A DNA stretch of 64,000 bases from Thermoplasmata archaeon. GTDB lineage: Archaea; Thermoplasmatota; Thermoplasmata; Lutacidiplasmatales; UBA184. The stretch lies in assembly GCA_035504595.1 (NCBI GenBank), contig DATJRQ010000006.1, positions 39,366-103,365 on the forward strand, written 5' to 3'. The position numbers and the translations under genes are program-made. Below the pieces are notes generated by a model. The model had not been told where the DNA came from, did no database searches, and was given only the letters and a program-made list of their open reading frames with translations. This document shows positions 52,956 through 61,647 of the stretch, piece by piece. Numbering within the stretch: position 1 is the stretch's first letter; the number at the start of each line of letters is the position of its first letter.

Positions 52956-52965
52956 GGGGGGTTCG

Positions 52966-55104
52966 GTGGTCGATACGGACGCGGCGCTACCGGCCGGAGA
53001 GAAAGTCTCGGTCCGGCGGGTCGCGCACACCTCGTGGCGGCGGGTCCTGGTCGACTCGTTCAAGATGTACGACCCGCGCCGCGAGATCCACAACCCGATG
53101 ATGTTCGTGGTGTGGGTGTTGTTCGTCTACCTGGTCTTCCTGACGTTGTTCCCGCAGGTGTTCCCGGATATCGCACGATTCTACAACCCGAGCTACTACC
53201 TCGGCGTCACCGTCATCCTGTTCCTGACGCTGTGGTTCGCGCACATCTCCGAGGCGATCGCGGAGGCGCAGGGCCGCGCCCAGGCCGACAGCCTTCGTGA
53301 GATCCGCAGCGGGATCCGCGCGCGACAGGTGCGCCCCGACGGCACTCTCCAGTGGGTCGCCGCCGACGTCCTGCACGTGGGCGATACGGTCGAGATCCAC
53401 CCCGGGGAGCCCGTTCCGCTCGACGGCGACGTGATCCAGGGCGCGGCGCTGATCGACGAGTCGATGATGACGGGAGAGTCGGCCGCGGTCATGCGGGAGA
53501 GCGGCGGCGACAAGACGAGCGTGCTCGGCGGCTCCCGGGTCGTCCAGGGAACGATCAAGGTCCGCGTGAGTGCCGTACGGGGGGAGTCGTTCCTCGACCG
53601 GCTCATTCGGCTCGTCGAGGGCCAGGCGCGCGAACCGACGCCGAACGAGCTCTCCCTCGGTGTCTTCCTCGCCGCGTTCACGATCACGCTCTTCACGGTC
53701 GTTGTGACGTTCATCTACATCGCGAATTTCACCAACATCGTCGCGGTCGACCTCGCGACGATCGTGGCGCTGTTCGTCTGCCTGATGCCGACGACGATCG
53801 GGGCGCTGCTCCCCGCCATCGGGATCTCGGGGATCAACCGGGTCGCCCGCACCAACGTCATCGCGAAGTCGGGGAAAGCGGTCGAAGCGGCCGGTGACCT
53901 CGACACGCTGATCCTCGACAAGACCGGTACGATCACGATCGGGAACCGCCTGGCGGTGCAGTTCGTCGCGGGGCCCGAGGTCCCGATGGCGACCGTGGTC
54001 GAGGGCGCGATGCTCGCGTCGACCCTCGACGACACTCCGGAAGGGAAGTCGATCGTCCGGTTGGCGGCGCGCTCGTCGGTTCCGGTACGGCGGGTGGAAC
54101 CGGGGTCGTTCAAAGTGCTCCCGTTCACCGCCGAGCGGCGCATGAGCGGGATCGTCCTCGCGGACGGGACCGAGTTCTACAAGGGGTCGATCCAGGCGAT
54201 GGAGCAGTACGGCGCGGGACTCGCCGCCCCGCTCCTCAAATCGGCGGCGGAGGCGTCGCGGCAGGGCATGACGCCGCTCGTCGTTTCCGTCAACAAGAAG
54301 GCGGTCGGCCTCGTCTTCCTGAAGGACGTGGTCAAGCCCGGTATCCGCGACCGGATCCATGAGCTGAAGCTGATGGGGATCCGGACCGTGATGTGCACGG
54401 GCGACAACCGCCTCACCGCCGCCGCGATCGCGCAGGAGAGCGGCGTCGACGACTTCGTGGCCGAGGCCAAGCCCGAGACGAAGCTCACGCTGATCGAGAA
54501 GGAGAAGGCGGAGGGGCGTCTGGTCGCGATGAGCGGCGACGGGACGAACGACGCGCCGGCGCTCGCGCGCGCGGACGTGGGGCTCGCCATGAACAACGGT
54601 ACGAGCGCCGCGAAGGAGGCGGGGAACATGGTCGACCTCGACAACGACCCGACGAAGCTGATCGAGGTCGTCTCGATCGGCAAGCAGCTCCTGATCACCC
54701 GGGGCGCGCTCACGACCTTCTCGATCACGAACGACGTCGCGAAGTACTTCGCCATCATCCCGGCGATCTTCGTCGCCTCGGGAGCGGTCGCCCTGCCGGG
54801 GGTCGCGTTCCTCAACCTCCTCGGTCTATCGAACCCGCAGCTCGCGGTGCTGTCGGCGCTCCTGTTCAACGCGCTCGTGATCCCCTTCCTGATCCCCCTC
54901 GCGCTCGCGGGGGTGCCGTTCCGGCCCCGACCGGCGATCGACCTGCTCCGCCGGAACCTGATCTACTACGGGTTCGGCGGGCTCGTGAGCGCGTTCGTCG
55001 GCATCAAGCTCGTCTACCTTTTCCTCGCCTGGCTGGACGGGTTCGGCTGGGTCCAGGGGATCGGCGTCGCCGTCGGGCACTTCCTCCCGCTGGGGTTCCT
55101 GTGA
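52966..55104 (+). CDS. kdpB: K+-transporting ATPase subunit B (P-type ATPase)
   Basis: Track ORF 52924..55104, starting at in-frame GTG 52966 after a GGGGGG stretch. Reads ...NPMMFVVW...MTGESA...LILDKTGTIT (DKTGT) ...MCTGDN...MSGDGTNDAPALA. Confidence 0.9.
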   Translation: MVDTDAALPAGEKVSVRRVAHTSWRRVLVDSFKMYDPRREIHNPMMFVVWVLFVYLVFLTLFPQVFPDIARFYNPSYYLGVTVILFLTLWFAHISEAIAEAQGRAQADSLREIRSGIRARQVRPDGTLQWVAADVLHVGDTVEIHPGEPVPLDGDVIQGAALIDESMMTGESAAVMRESGGDKTSVLGGSRVVQGTIKVRVSAVRGESFLDRLIRLVEGQAREPTPNELSLGVFLAAFTITLFTVVVTFIYIANFTNIVAVDLATIVALFVCLMPTTIGALLPAIGISGINRVARTNVIAKSGKAVEAAGDLDTLILDKTGTITIGNRLAVQFVAGPEVPMATVVEGAMLASTLDDTPEGKSIVRLAARSSVPVRRVEPGSFKVLPFTAERRMSGIVLADGTEFYKGSIQAMEQYGAGLAAPLLKSAAEASRQGMTPLVVSVNKKAVGLVFLKDVVKPGIRDRIHELKLMGIRTVMCTGDNRLTAAAIAQESGVDDFVAEAKPETKLTLIEKEKAEGRLVAMSGDGTNDAPALARADVGLAMNNGTSAAKEAGNMVDLDNDPTKLIEVVSIGKQLLITRGALTTFSITNDVAKYFAIIPAIFVASGAVALPGVAFLNLLGLSNPQLAVLSALLFNALVIPFLIPLALAGVPFRPRPAIDLLRRNLIYYGFGGLVSAFVGIKLVYLFLAWLDGFGWVQGIGVAVGHFLPLGFL

Positions 55105-55793
55105 GCGCTCCGTCCCCGTCCCCCGAACCGCCCGCGACCGCCCCCGCCCCTCCCACCTCCGCCACGGCGTCGGTCCCGGCGGCCCGGGGCGCGAGCGCGC
55201 TCGTGGCCCCTCCGTCCGCCCACGACCTGAAGGGCCACGCGCGGGCGACGGTGGTCTTCCTCGTCCTGCTGATCCTCGTCGCGGGGTTCGGCTATCCGCT
55301 CGTCGTGACCGGGATCGCGCAGGTGATCGACCCGTCGGCCGCGAACGGGTCGCTGCTCACCGACCCGAACGGGACGATCATCGGGTCGACCCTCATCGCC
55401 CAGAACACGAGCGCTCCGTACCTGTTCTGGGAGCGGCCGTCGCCGACCGACTGGAACACCACCGACGGTGCGGTGACGCCGTACGGCCCGACCGACCCGG
55501 CCCTGGTGAACGAGACCCTCCAGTACATCGCCCAGTACGGCAACGGCACGGTCAACGCCTCCCTGCCGTTCTGGCTGGTGTCGCAATCGAGCTCGTCCGT
55601 CGACCCGGACCTCACGCCGGGGGCCGTGCTCGTCCAGGTACCCCGGGTCGCCTTCTACGGCAACGTGACGGAGTCGTGGCTCACCGGGTTCGTGAACGAC
55701 CATATCACCGAGCCGCCTATCCCGTATCTCGGCGTGCCGTACGTGGACGTGTTGCAGCTGGACATCGATCTCCTGCCGCACATCGGGAGGTAG
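55101..55793 (+). CDS. kdpC: K+-transporting ATPase subunit C
   Basis: C-terminal 230 aa of track ORF 54393..55793. GTG 55101 overlaps the kdpB TGA (GTGA). A Pro/Ala-rich N-terminus is followed by a TM helix, ...GFGYPLVVTGIAQV...ANGSL and ...SSSSVDPDLTP (KdpC-like). Confidence 0.75.
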   Translation: MSAPSPSPEPPATAPAPPTSATASVPAARGASALVAPPSAHDLKGHARATVVFLVLLILVAGFGYPLVVTGIAQVIDPSAANGSLLTDPNGTIIGSTLIAQNTSAPYLFWERPSPTDWNTTDGAVTPYGPTDPALVNETLQYIAQYGNGTVNASLPFWLVSQSSSSVDPDLTPGAVLVQVPRVAFYGNVTESWLTGFVNDHITEPPIPYLGVPYVDVLQLDIDLLPHIGR

Positions 55794-55796
55794 GGC

Positions 55797-56606
55797 GTGT
55801 ACCGACAGATCCTCGTTCCGGTGAGCGAACCCGCGGAGGTCGAGCCGATGATCCGCTTCGCGGCGATGCTCCTCGACCCCGACGGGGAGATCCGGATCCT
55901 GCACATCATTCCAACCACGACGCTTCCCCAGGTGACGCGGGAGTGGCGGAACTCGGTGAATCTCGTCGTACCGGCGCACGAGGCCGCCGCCGCGCTGGAC
56001 GTGAAGGTCGACCCGGAAGTGCGCGCCTCCACGGACGTTCCCGGCGAGATCCTCGAGAGCGCCGAGTCGCACGGGGTGGACGCGATCCTGATGACGCTCC
56101 GGGGCGACAAGCGCAGCCGCAACCCGTTCGTGGGCCATACGGCGAGCGGGATCCTGCACCACGCGCACGCGGACGTGCTGATCCTGAACCGGCTCGCGCT
56201 CGGGGCGAGCAAGACGCCGCGGATCCTCCTCCCGTCGTTCCACGACTCCCCCTCGCCCCGGGCGATGCAGGTCGCCGAGGAGATCGCGGTCCACAACGAC
56301 GGGGCGTCGGTCACCACGCTCACCCTGGAGCCCCGCACCGGCGGCGGCGACGAAGGGGCGGCCGACCGGGAGGAACAGACGTCCCGGGGGGTCCCGGTCA
56401 CCCACAAGCGGGTGTTGTTCGCCGGCTCGTTCGTCCGCCGGGCCCGAATCCCCCAGATGATCCTCTCCGCGGCCCAGCGGGAGCGGTTCGGTCTCCTGCT
56501 CGTCAGCGAGGAGGGCGACCAGTCCGGCGGGGCCCTCCTCACCCGTCCGTTCCTCGAGGAACTGTTCCGCGAAGCGCCGTGCCCGGTCCTCGCGCTCCGG
56601 AGCTAG
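55797..56606 (+). CDS. tandem universal stress protein (Usp) domain protein, kdpQ-like position
   Basis: 269 aa. GTG start 3 nt after the kdpC stop. Reads YRQILVPVS...HGVDAILMTLRG...GHTASGILHHAHADVLIL plus a second Usp-like half. Confidence 0.7.
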   Translation: MYRQILVPVSEPAEVEPMIRFAAMLLDPDGEIRILHIIPTTTLPQVTREWRNSVNLVVPAHEAAAALDVKVDPEVRASTDVPGEILESAESHGVDAILMTLRGDKRSRNPFVGHTASGILHHAHADVLILNRLALGASKTPRILLPSFHDSPSPRAMQVAEEIAVHNDGASVTTLTLEPRTGGGDEGAADREEQTSRGVPVTHKRVLFAGSFVRRARIPQMILSAAQRERFGLLLVSEEGDQSGGALLTRPFLEELFREAPCPVLALRS

Positions 56607-56614
56607 GTCGGGCC

Positions 56615-57385
56615 GTGGCCGAGCTTGCCTTCGTGGGCCTCGGGCTCTCGGACGAGCGCGGACTGTCCGAGCGGGCGTGGGAGGTGCTCCGCGCGGCCGA
56701 CGAGGTGTTCGCGGAGGAATACACCGCGGTCGCCCCCGCCGGGACGCTCTCCCGGATCGAGCAGCGGATCGGCCGAGCCGTACGAGCGCTCGACCGCGCG
56801 TCCCTCGAATCCGAGCGTCCGATCCTGGACGCCCTCGGCCGGTCCGGTCGCGTCGCCCTCCTCGTGGTCGGCGACCCCTTCGCCGCGACCACGCACGTCG
56901 CGCTCCGGGTCGCGGTCGAGCGGGCCGGTCACACCTGGCAGTACGTCCCGAACGCCAGCATCCTCACGGGCGCGGCCGGCTTTCTCGGCCTGCAGCAGTA
57001 CCGGTTCGGACGGACCGTCTCCCTGCCGTTCGCCGAGCCGGGGTTCGACCCCCGCTCCCCGCTGGACCAGATCGCCGCCAACCGCTCCCGGGGGCTGCAC
57101 ACCCTCGTTCTCCTCGACCTGCGCCCCTCCGACGGGCGCTTCCTCACCGGCGCGGAAGCCCTTCGGAGGTTGCGCCGCATGGACCCCGAGGGCTCGGTCC
57201 TGCCGCGGGAGACGGAGGTGGCCGTCGTTGCGCGCGTGGGCCGCGACGACCCCGCCGCCTGGTTCGGCCCGCTCGAAGCCCTGGCGCAGCTCGACTTTGG
57301 CGCTCCGATGCACGCCGTGGTGGTCCCGGCCGTGGAGCTCCACTTCGAGGAGTCCGCGGCGCTCGCGCGGTTCCGGGTCGGTTAG
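56615..57385 (+). CDS. dphB: diphthine synthase
   Basis: C-terminal 256 aa of track ORF 55676..57385, from in-frame GTG 56615. Reads LAFVGLGLSDERGLS...VFAEEYT...VALLVVGDPFAATTH..L...A......VPNASI...GLQQYRFGRTVSLPF. Confidence 0.85.
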   Translation: MAELAFVGLGLSDERGLSERAWEVLRAADEVFAEEYTAVAPAGTLSRIEQRIGRAVRALDRASLESERPILDALGRSGRVALLVVGDPFAATTHVALRVAVERAGHTWQYVPNASILTGAAGFLGLQQYRFGRTVSLPFAEPGFDPRSPLDQIAANRSRGLHTLVLLDLRPSDGRFLTGAEALRRLRRMDPEGSVLPRETEVAVVARVGRDDPAAWFGPLEALAQLDFGAPMHAVVVPAVELHFEESAALARFRVG

Positions 57386-57777
57386 GGCCGGTTCGCGCCC
57401 GTGGCGCCCGGCATCAGCGCCTCCGCGAACTGGCGGATCCGGAAGGGGCGCAGCAGGACGACGTCGGGCGCCTTGTCCCGGTCGGGCGTCACCGTCGGGG
57501 GCCGCGACGCCGGAGCGACCAGGATCACGCGCAGCTGGGGCGCCGCGCGGCGGGCCTCCCCGACCAGCGTCGACGAGCTCCCTTCGGCGAGATTTACGTC
57601 GGCGACGAGCAGGGTCGGGTGGTGCTCGCGGATGAGCTCGAGGCACTGGGTGGCCCCCTCCGCCTCCCCATCGACGCGAAAGTGGTGCAGGCGCAGGAGT
57701 CCCCGGAGCAGGACGCGCGTTTCCTCGTCACCCGCGGCCACTACCGCCGACGACGCCGGGGGGGTTGAGTCGACCAT
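57382..57777 (-). CDS. stand-alone CheY-like receiver domain protein (atypical: Lys-to-Arg in the K-P-F motif)
   Basis: C-terminal 131 aa of track ORF 57382..59064, from ATG 57777. Reads ...VVAAGDEETRVLLRGLL....F.V.GEA..G...LELIREHHPTLLVADVNL.EG....L....R...P.LRVILV......VVLLRPF. Confidence 0.55.
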   Translation of the reverse strand: MVDSTPPASSAVVAAGDEETRVLLRGLLRLHHFRVDGEAEGATQCLELIREHHPTLLVADVNLAEGSSSTLVGEARRAAPQLRVILVAPASRPPTVTPDRDKAPDVVLLRPFRIRQFAEALMPGATGANRP

Positions 57778-57840
57778 TCTGCGTGACCGGCCGCATTTGG
57801 CCTCCCGAAGGCCCGCTTGCTGGTCACCGAATAGACACAC

Positions 57841-57866
57841 GTTGGGGTATTTTTGCCTACCCCAAC
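57841..57866. repeat. perfect 9-bp stem hairpin GTTGGGGTA-N8-TACCCCAAC in intergenic region
   Basis: Read directly. Lies between the stop of the 521-aa gene (57894) and the receiver gene start (57777). A second weaker hairpin is at ~57876-57892. Confidence 0.5.
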
Positions 57867-57893
57867 TATTGAAGTTCGGAAACCGACTTCCGG

Positions 57894-59459
57894 CTAGGTC
57901 GACGCGGGGTGCGACGCCGGCTCTCGTTCGCCCCAGTCGGCGACCCCGGCCGACTGGAGAAGCGCGTCGAGGGCGGCGTGGTACCGCTCCGCCGGGGCGA
58001 CCAGGACCGAACGGGCCCGGTCGGCGAGCGTCGCTCCGAACTCCTGCTCGGTGTGGGAGAACTGCCAGGCGTGGGCGTTCCCCCGGCCGAGCGCGAGGAG
58101 CACGCCGTAGGCGATCCCCCGTTCCTTTCCTTCCGAGGGGAGGGCCTGGAGCAGCGTGCGCTCCGCGGCCGTCGCGCCGTGGGTCCGATACTCCCGGGCG
58201 ATGCGGTCGACCCACGCGGCCTCTCGGGCCAGCCGGGCATAGCGCGGGAGCTCGTCGAGCACCTGCTGCTCCTCGCTGCTGCGCTGGGCCCGCTTCAGGA
58301 TCTCGGCAACGCGGCCCGGGGCCCCCCGCGCCTCGTTGATCCATCGCTTCGCTTCCGCCGGGTCGGGGACGATCGTGGAGACGATCACGTCGGCGTGGTC
58401 CGGCCAGAGCCGCTCGAGGGCGCGGCTCGCCGACGGTTCGTCGACCTCGAAGAAGCCGTCGACCTCGCGCAGGGCGGCTGCGACCGCTTTCCGCTCGACC
58501 GGGCTCGCGAGGAGCGCGTCGAGGAACGCCTCGCGGTCCGCCCCGTAGCAGGTGCCGCCCGCGACGAACGTCGGGCGCCGCGTCCCCTCGATCCGGGGTC
58601 GGATCTCGTCGGCATAGGCGTCGAGGAGTTGACTGTCGGAGAGTCGCCCGAGCTCGTACCGCTTCCGGATCGCCTTGGGGAGCTCGGGGAGCCGGGCGTG
58701 GACGCACTCCTCGCCGCCCCGGCACCGGACGTTCCACTGCGCGTCGACCAGGAACTCCGAGCTCGGGTCGGGGGCCGCGGCGCCGTCGGAGACGCTCGAG
58801 AGGAGGTGGCGCTCCGACTTCGCGCACTTGCGGCATACCCGGAACGCGGTGTTCGCGCCGGGCCAGGCGACCTCGAGGAACGGTCGGGGCTCGTTCTCCT
58901 TGAGATGGACGCACAGGAACAGGTGCTTCGCCGGGTCCTCGATCAGCCGATAGGGGAGGTCCGCCACCCGTTCCGCCCGGAACTCGGGGGGAGGGGTCGG
59001 CGATTTTCCCGTGCACCAGAGGGTCCGGCGGGTCGCGAAGAAATGGAACCCGCGTCGGGCCCACTCGACGTACCCGAGGAGCAGGCGGGTCGGCTCGTCG
59101 GACTGCTGGACCGCGACCTCCGTCTCGCGCGGCGCGCGGGCGAGCGGCGCGAACGAGACCATGCCGTCCGGGAGCGGGAACGACTCGACGTTCGGGGTGT
59201 CCGGATTGAGATAGAACTTCAGGAGGCCCGCGTACGACCGGACCATCGGATCCCCCCAGCGGGTCAGGCGCTCGAGCCGTTTCTCGTCGTCCCGCGCGTC
59301 CCGTACCTCCTCGAGGTCGGTCCGCAACCGCTCAAAACGGTCGGTCGGGCAGTCGGCGGTCAGGCGCGGGAGGAGCGGGTCGACCGACTCGCGCAGCACC
59401 TTCGCCCGTGCGACGAGGTCGTGCTCCCGTACCCCCGTCGCCTTACGAACCCTTGGCAT
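57894..59459 (-). CDS. uncharacterised 521-aa protein with Cys cluster (CxxC ... Cx6C)
   Basis: Long GC3-rich ORF with balanced, non-repetitive composition and its own TATA-like element (gagatatgta) ~35 nt upstream. I recognise no family. Cys motifs are FRVCRKCAKSERH and VRCRGGEECVH. Confidence 0.6.
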   Translation of the reverse strand: MPRVRKATGVREHDLVARAKVLRESVDPLLPRLTADCPTDRFERLRTDLEEVRDARDDEKRLERLTRWGDPMVRSYAGLLKFYLNPDTPNVESFPLPDGMVSFAPLARAPRETEVAVQQSDEPTRLLLGYVEWARRGFHFFATRRTLWCTGKSPTPPPEFRAERVADLPYRLIEDPAKHLFLCVHLKENEPRPFLEVAWPGANTAFRVCRKCAKSERHLLSSVSDGAAAPDPSSEFLVDAQWNVRCRGGEECVHARLPELPKAIRKRYELGRLSDSQLLDAYADEIRPRIEGTRRPTFVAGGTCYGADREAFLDALLASPVERKAVAAALREVDGFFEVDEPSASRALERLWPDHADVIVSTIVPDPAEAKRWINEARGAPGRVAEILKRAQRSSEEQQVLDELPRYARLAREAAWVDRIAREYRTHGATAAERTLLQALPSEGKERGIAYGVLLALGRGNAHAWQFSHTEQEFGATLADRARSVLVAPAERYHAALDALLQSAGVADWGEREPASHPAST

Positions 59460-59524
59460 CGGCGCTCCTCACATCGAGCGAGCGACGGGGCGTACATATC
59501 TCCGAGGCTCGCCCCGGTCGCCGG

Positions 59525-60088
59525 TCACCGCCGGCACAGGTCGAGGAAGTGGCGGAAGATGTCGCGCCCGCCCTCGGTGTGCTCGACCTCGGGATGGAAT
59601 TGGACGCCCCAGATCGGGCGGGTCGGGTGCGCCATCGCTTCGACCTTGCACGCGGGCGAGTGGGCGAGTACCGACCAGCCGGGGGGCGCCTCGGCGACCT
59701 CGTCGTTGTGGCTGGCCCAGACGCGGAACTGGGCGGGGAGCCCCGCGAACAGCGGGTGGTTCGGCTGGTCGACCGTCAGGTCGACCGACCCGAACTCGGG
59801 CGCCGAGCGCTCCAGCTTGCCTCCGAAGTGACGTCCGAGGTATTCGTGGCCCAGACAGATCGCCAGGACGGGGACCTCCGCCGAGTCGATCCAGTCCCCG
59901 ACCGTTCCGAGCGGGTCGTCCGTACCTTCCAGGCTGAGCGCTCCGCCCGACAGCACGATTCCGTCGGCGCGCATCGCGGCGTAGGGGGTCGTGTTCGGCA
60001 GGATCTCCGTGTCGACGCCGAGGTCCCGGAGGACCCGCCACTCCCGGTGCGTCCACTGGCCGCCGTTGTCGAGGACCGGGACCCTCAC
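59525..60088 (-). CDS. guaA: GMP synthase (glutamine-hydrolysing) subunit A (GATase)
   Basis: C-terminal 187 aa of track ORF 59525..60469, from GTG 60088, which overlaps the upstream TGA (GTGA). Reads VLDNGGQWTHREWRVLRDLGV...GIVLSGG...PVLAICLGHE...WASHND...GVQFHPEV.HT. Confidence 0.85.
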   Translation of the reverse strand: MRVPVLDNGGQWTHREWRVLRDLGVDTEILPNTTPYAAMRADGIVLSGGALSLEGTDDPLGTVGDWIDSAEVPVLAICLGHEYLGRHFGGKLERSAPEFGSVDLTVDQPNHPLFAGLPAQFRVWASHNDEVAEAPPGWSVLAHSPACKVEAMAHPTRPIWGVQFHPEVEHTEGGRDIFRHFLDLCRR

Positions 60089-60447
60089 GGGGCGCCTCCC
60101 GACGGAGGTCGGGCGGGCGCGCCGGGCGCGTCTTCCCGCTCGCGTCGCAGCTCGTCGACCATCGCCTTCACGTCGCGGATGTCGCCGCGCATCTTGAGCA
60201 TCTCCTCCTCGAACGGGGTGAACCCCTGGGTCCGGAGGAGTCGCGCGGAGACGTAGATCCCGATGTACACCGCCCCGACGAGCGCGAGGATGGTGGTGAA
60301 GACGAGCGCGAAGACGAACGCGAGCGGGTCGCCGATGGCGGACTGGATGGGGAGGGTGAACAGGTGGGTAATCTCCGCCACCTCGACGAACAGCAGGACC
60401 ACGATCAGCACGGTCCAGAGGATGATCCCCCAGCGGGAGGCGCGCAC
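60085..60447 (-). CDS. small membrane protein (about 3 TM) with C-terminal coiled-coil/acidic tail
   Basis: 120 aa with hydrophobic helices and then EEEMLKMRGDIRDVKAMVDELRRERED. GTG start 2 nt after the stop of the preceding gene. Its stop overlaps the guaA start. Confidence 0.55.
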   Translation of the reverse strand: MRASRWGIILWTVLIVVLLFVEVAEITHLFTLPIQSAIGDPLAFVFALVFTTILALVGAVYIGIYVSARLLRTQGFTPFEEEMLKMRGDIRDVKAMVDELRREREDAPGAPARPPSGGAP

Positions 60448-60449
60448 GG

Positions 60450-61007
60450 CTAGGGTCCCCCACCGACATCGGAGAGCGTGATCGGCAGCGGAAGGTTCGA
60501 CACCGGTGTCGTGAAACCCGCGATCCCCGAGGTCGCCGACGCGACCGTCAACATTTCCGAGGAAGACCCGGAGGGCGTCGTGATCTGCAGGGCGAGGAGT
60601 CCGACGTAATAGGCCGTGCCGCCGTCCGCGGAGTACAGCGCGGTGACGTTCACCGCGACCGGGCTCTGGTTCGTCATCGCGCTAATCGCCACCACGGCCG
60701 AAGCATTCTGCCAATCCGTCCAGTGGAGCGCGCCGGGCGGGAAGCCCCCGGTCCAGTTGAATCCGGTGGCGAGCGAGAATCGGATCTCCTCGAACCGGGC
60801 GGTCGAACTGAGGGCCCGGACGTAGAAGTGGATCGTTGCGTTCCCCGGCACCGCGTCGACGATCAGCTCCGCCTGGGAGAAGATGCTTCCGGCGGCGGGC
60901 TGACCGTTCGCGGTGAGGATCGGGGTGAGAACGATCAGGATCGCGAGCAGCAGGGCGATGCCGACGAGCGGCCCGGGGAACAGGCCCGAGAGGCTGCTGG
61001 CGCGCAC
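60450..61007 (-). CDS. N-terminally anchored extracytoplasmic protein, 185 aa, sequon-bearing
   Basis: C-terminal part of track ORF 60450..61436. GTG 61007 overlaps the ubiX TAG by 1 nt. One TM helix (LVGIALLLAILIVLTPIL) is followed by a beta-rich domain with NAT/NWT/NAS/NQS/NVT sequons. Confidence 0.5.
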   Translation of the reverse strand: MRASSLSGLFPGPLVGIALLLAILIVLTPILTANGQPAAGSIFSQAELIVDAVPGNATIHFYVRALSSTARFEEIRFSLATGFNWTGGFPPGALHWTDWQNASAVVAISAMTNQSPVAVNVTALYSADGGTAYYVGLLALQITTPSGSSSEMLTVASATSGIAGFTTPVSNLPLPITLSDVGGGP

Positions 61008-61582
61008 TACCCACCGCCCGCCTTCCAGCCCCGATACAGCTGGTGGGGAACCTCGAGGTGGTCGAGCACCTTGCCGGCAAGGTAGGCGGTCTGCTCGTCC
61101 ACGGACTTCGGGTGGAGATAGTACGGCGGCGCCGCGTCCAGCACCACCACCCCGAGCTCGCTCAGCGTCGTCAGATACCGGAGCATCGTCGTCGGCAGCG
61201 GGGATTCCCGCGGCACGATGACCAGACGGCGGCGTTCCTTCAGGTGGACGTGGGCGGCCCGCGTGAGCAGGGTGTCGCCGAGCCCGAGGGCAACGCGGGC
61301 GACCGTGTTGGACGAGCACGGCACGATCACCATCCCGCGCGTCCGGCTCGAGCCGCTGGCGATGGGGGCGGCGAGGTCGTGATCCGAATAGGTCTGGTCC
61401 GCGAGGCGGGCCAGCGCCTCGGGGGCGAGACCGCACTCCTCGCGGAGGACCGCGACGGCGCCGTCCGAGACCACGAGGGCCACCGGGACGTTCGCGGTCT
61501 TCAGGGCGTCCAGAACGCGAACGGCGATCGGGGCGCCGCTGGCGCCCGAGACGCCCACGACGACCGGAAGCTGTGCCGCCAC
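61007..61582 (-). CDS. ubiX: flavin prenyltransferase UbiX
   Basis: 191 aa. Reads VVVGVSGASGAPIAVRVLDAL....V...LVVS.GA.....E........MVIVPCSSNTVARVALG..D.LL.RAA.V.LKERRRLV.VPRE.PL. Confidence 0.85.
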   Translation of the reverse strand: MAAQLPVVVGVSGASGAPIAVRVLDALKTANVPVALVVSDGAVAVLREECGLAPEALARLADQTYSDHDLAAPIASGSSRTRGMVIVPCSSNTVARVALGLGDTLLTRAAHVHLKERRRLVIVPRESPLPTTMLRYLTTLSELGVVVLDAAPPYYLHPKSVDEQTAYLAGKVLDHLEVPHQLYRGWKAGGG

Positions 61583-61647
61583 TCGCTTACCCGTCCTTAA
61601 GAATCTTCAACGACTCGGTCGATAAGACGATTCTCGGGGCGGCGATC

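Noticed and set aside
51186-53093. 635-aa minus-strand ORF opposite kdpA
   Set aside because: The Arg/Asp/Glu/Gly-rich shadow frame is incompatible with the clear kdpF/kdpA coding on the plus strand.
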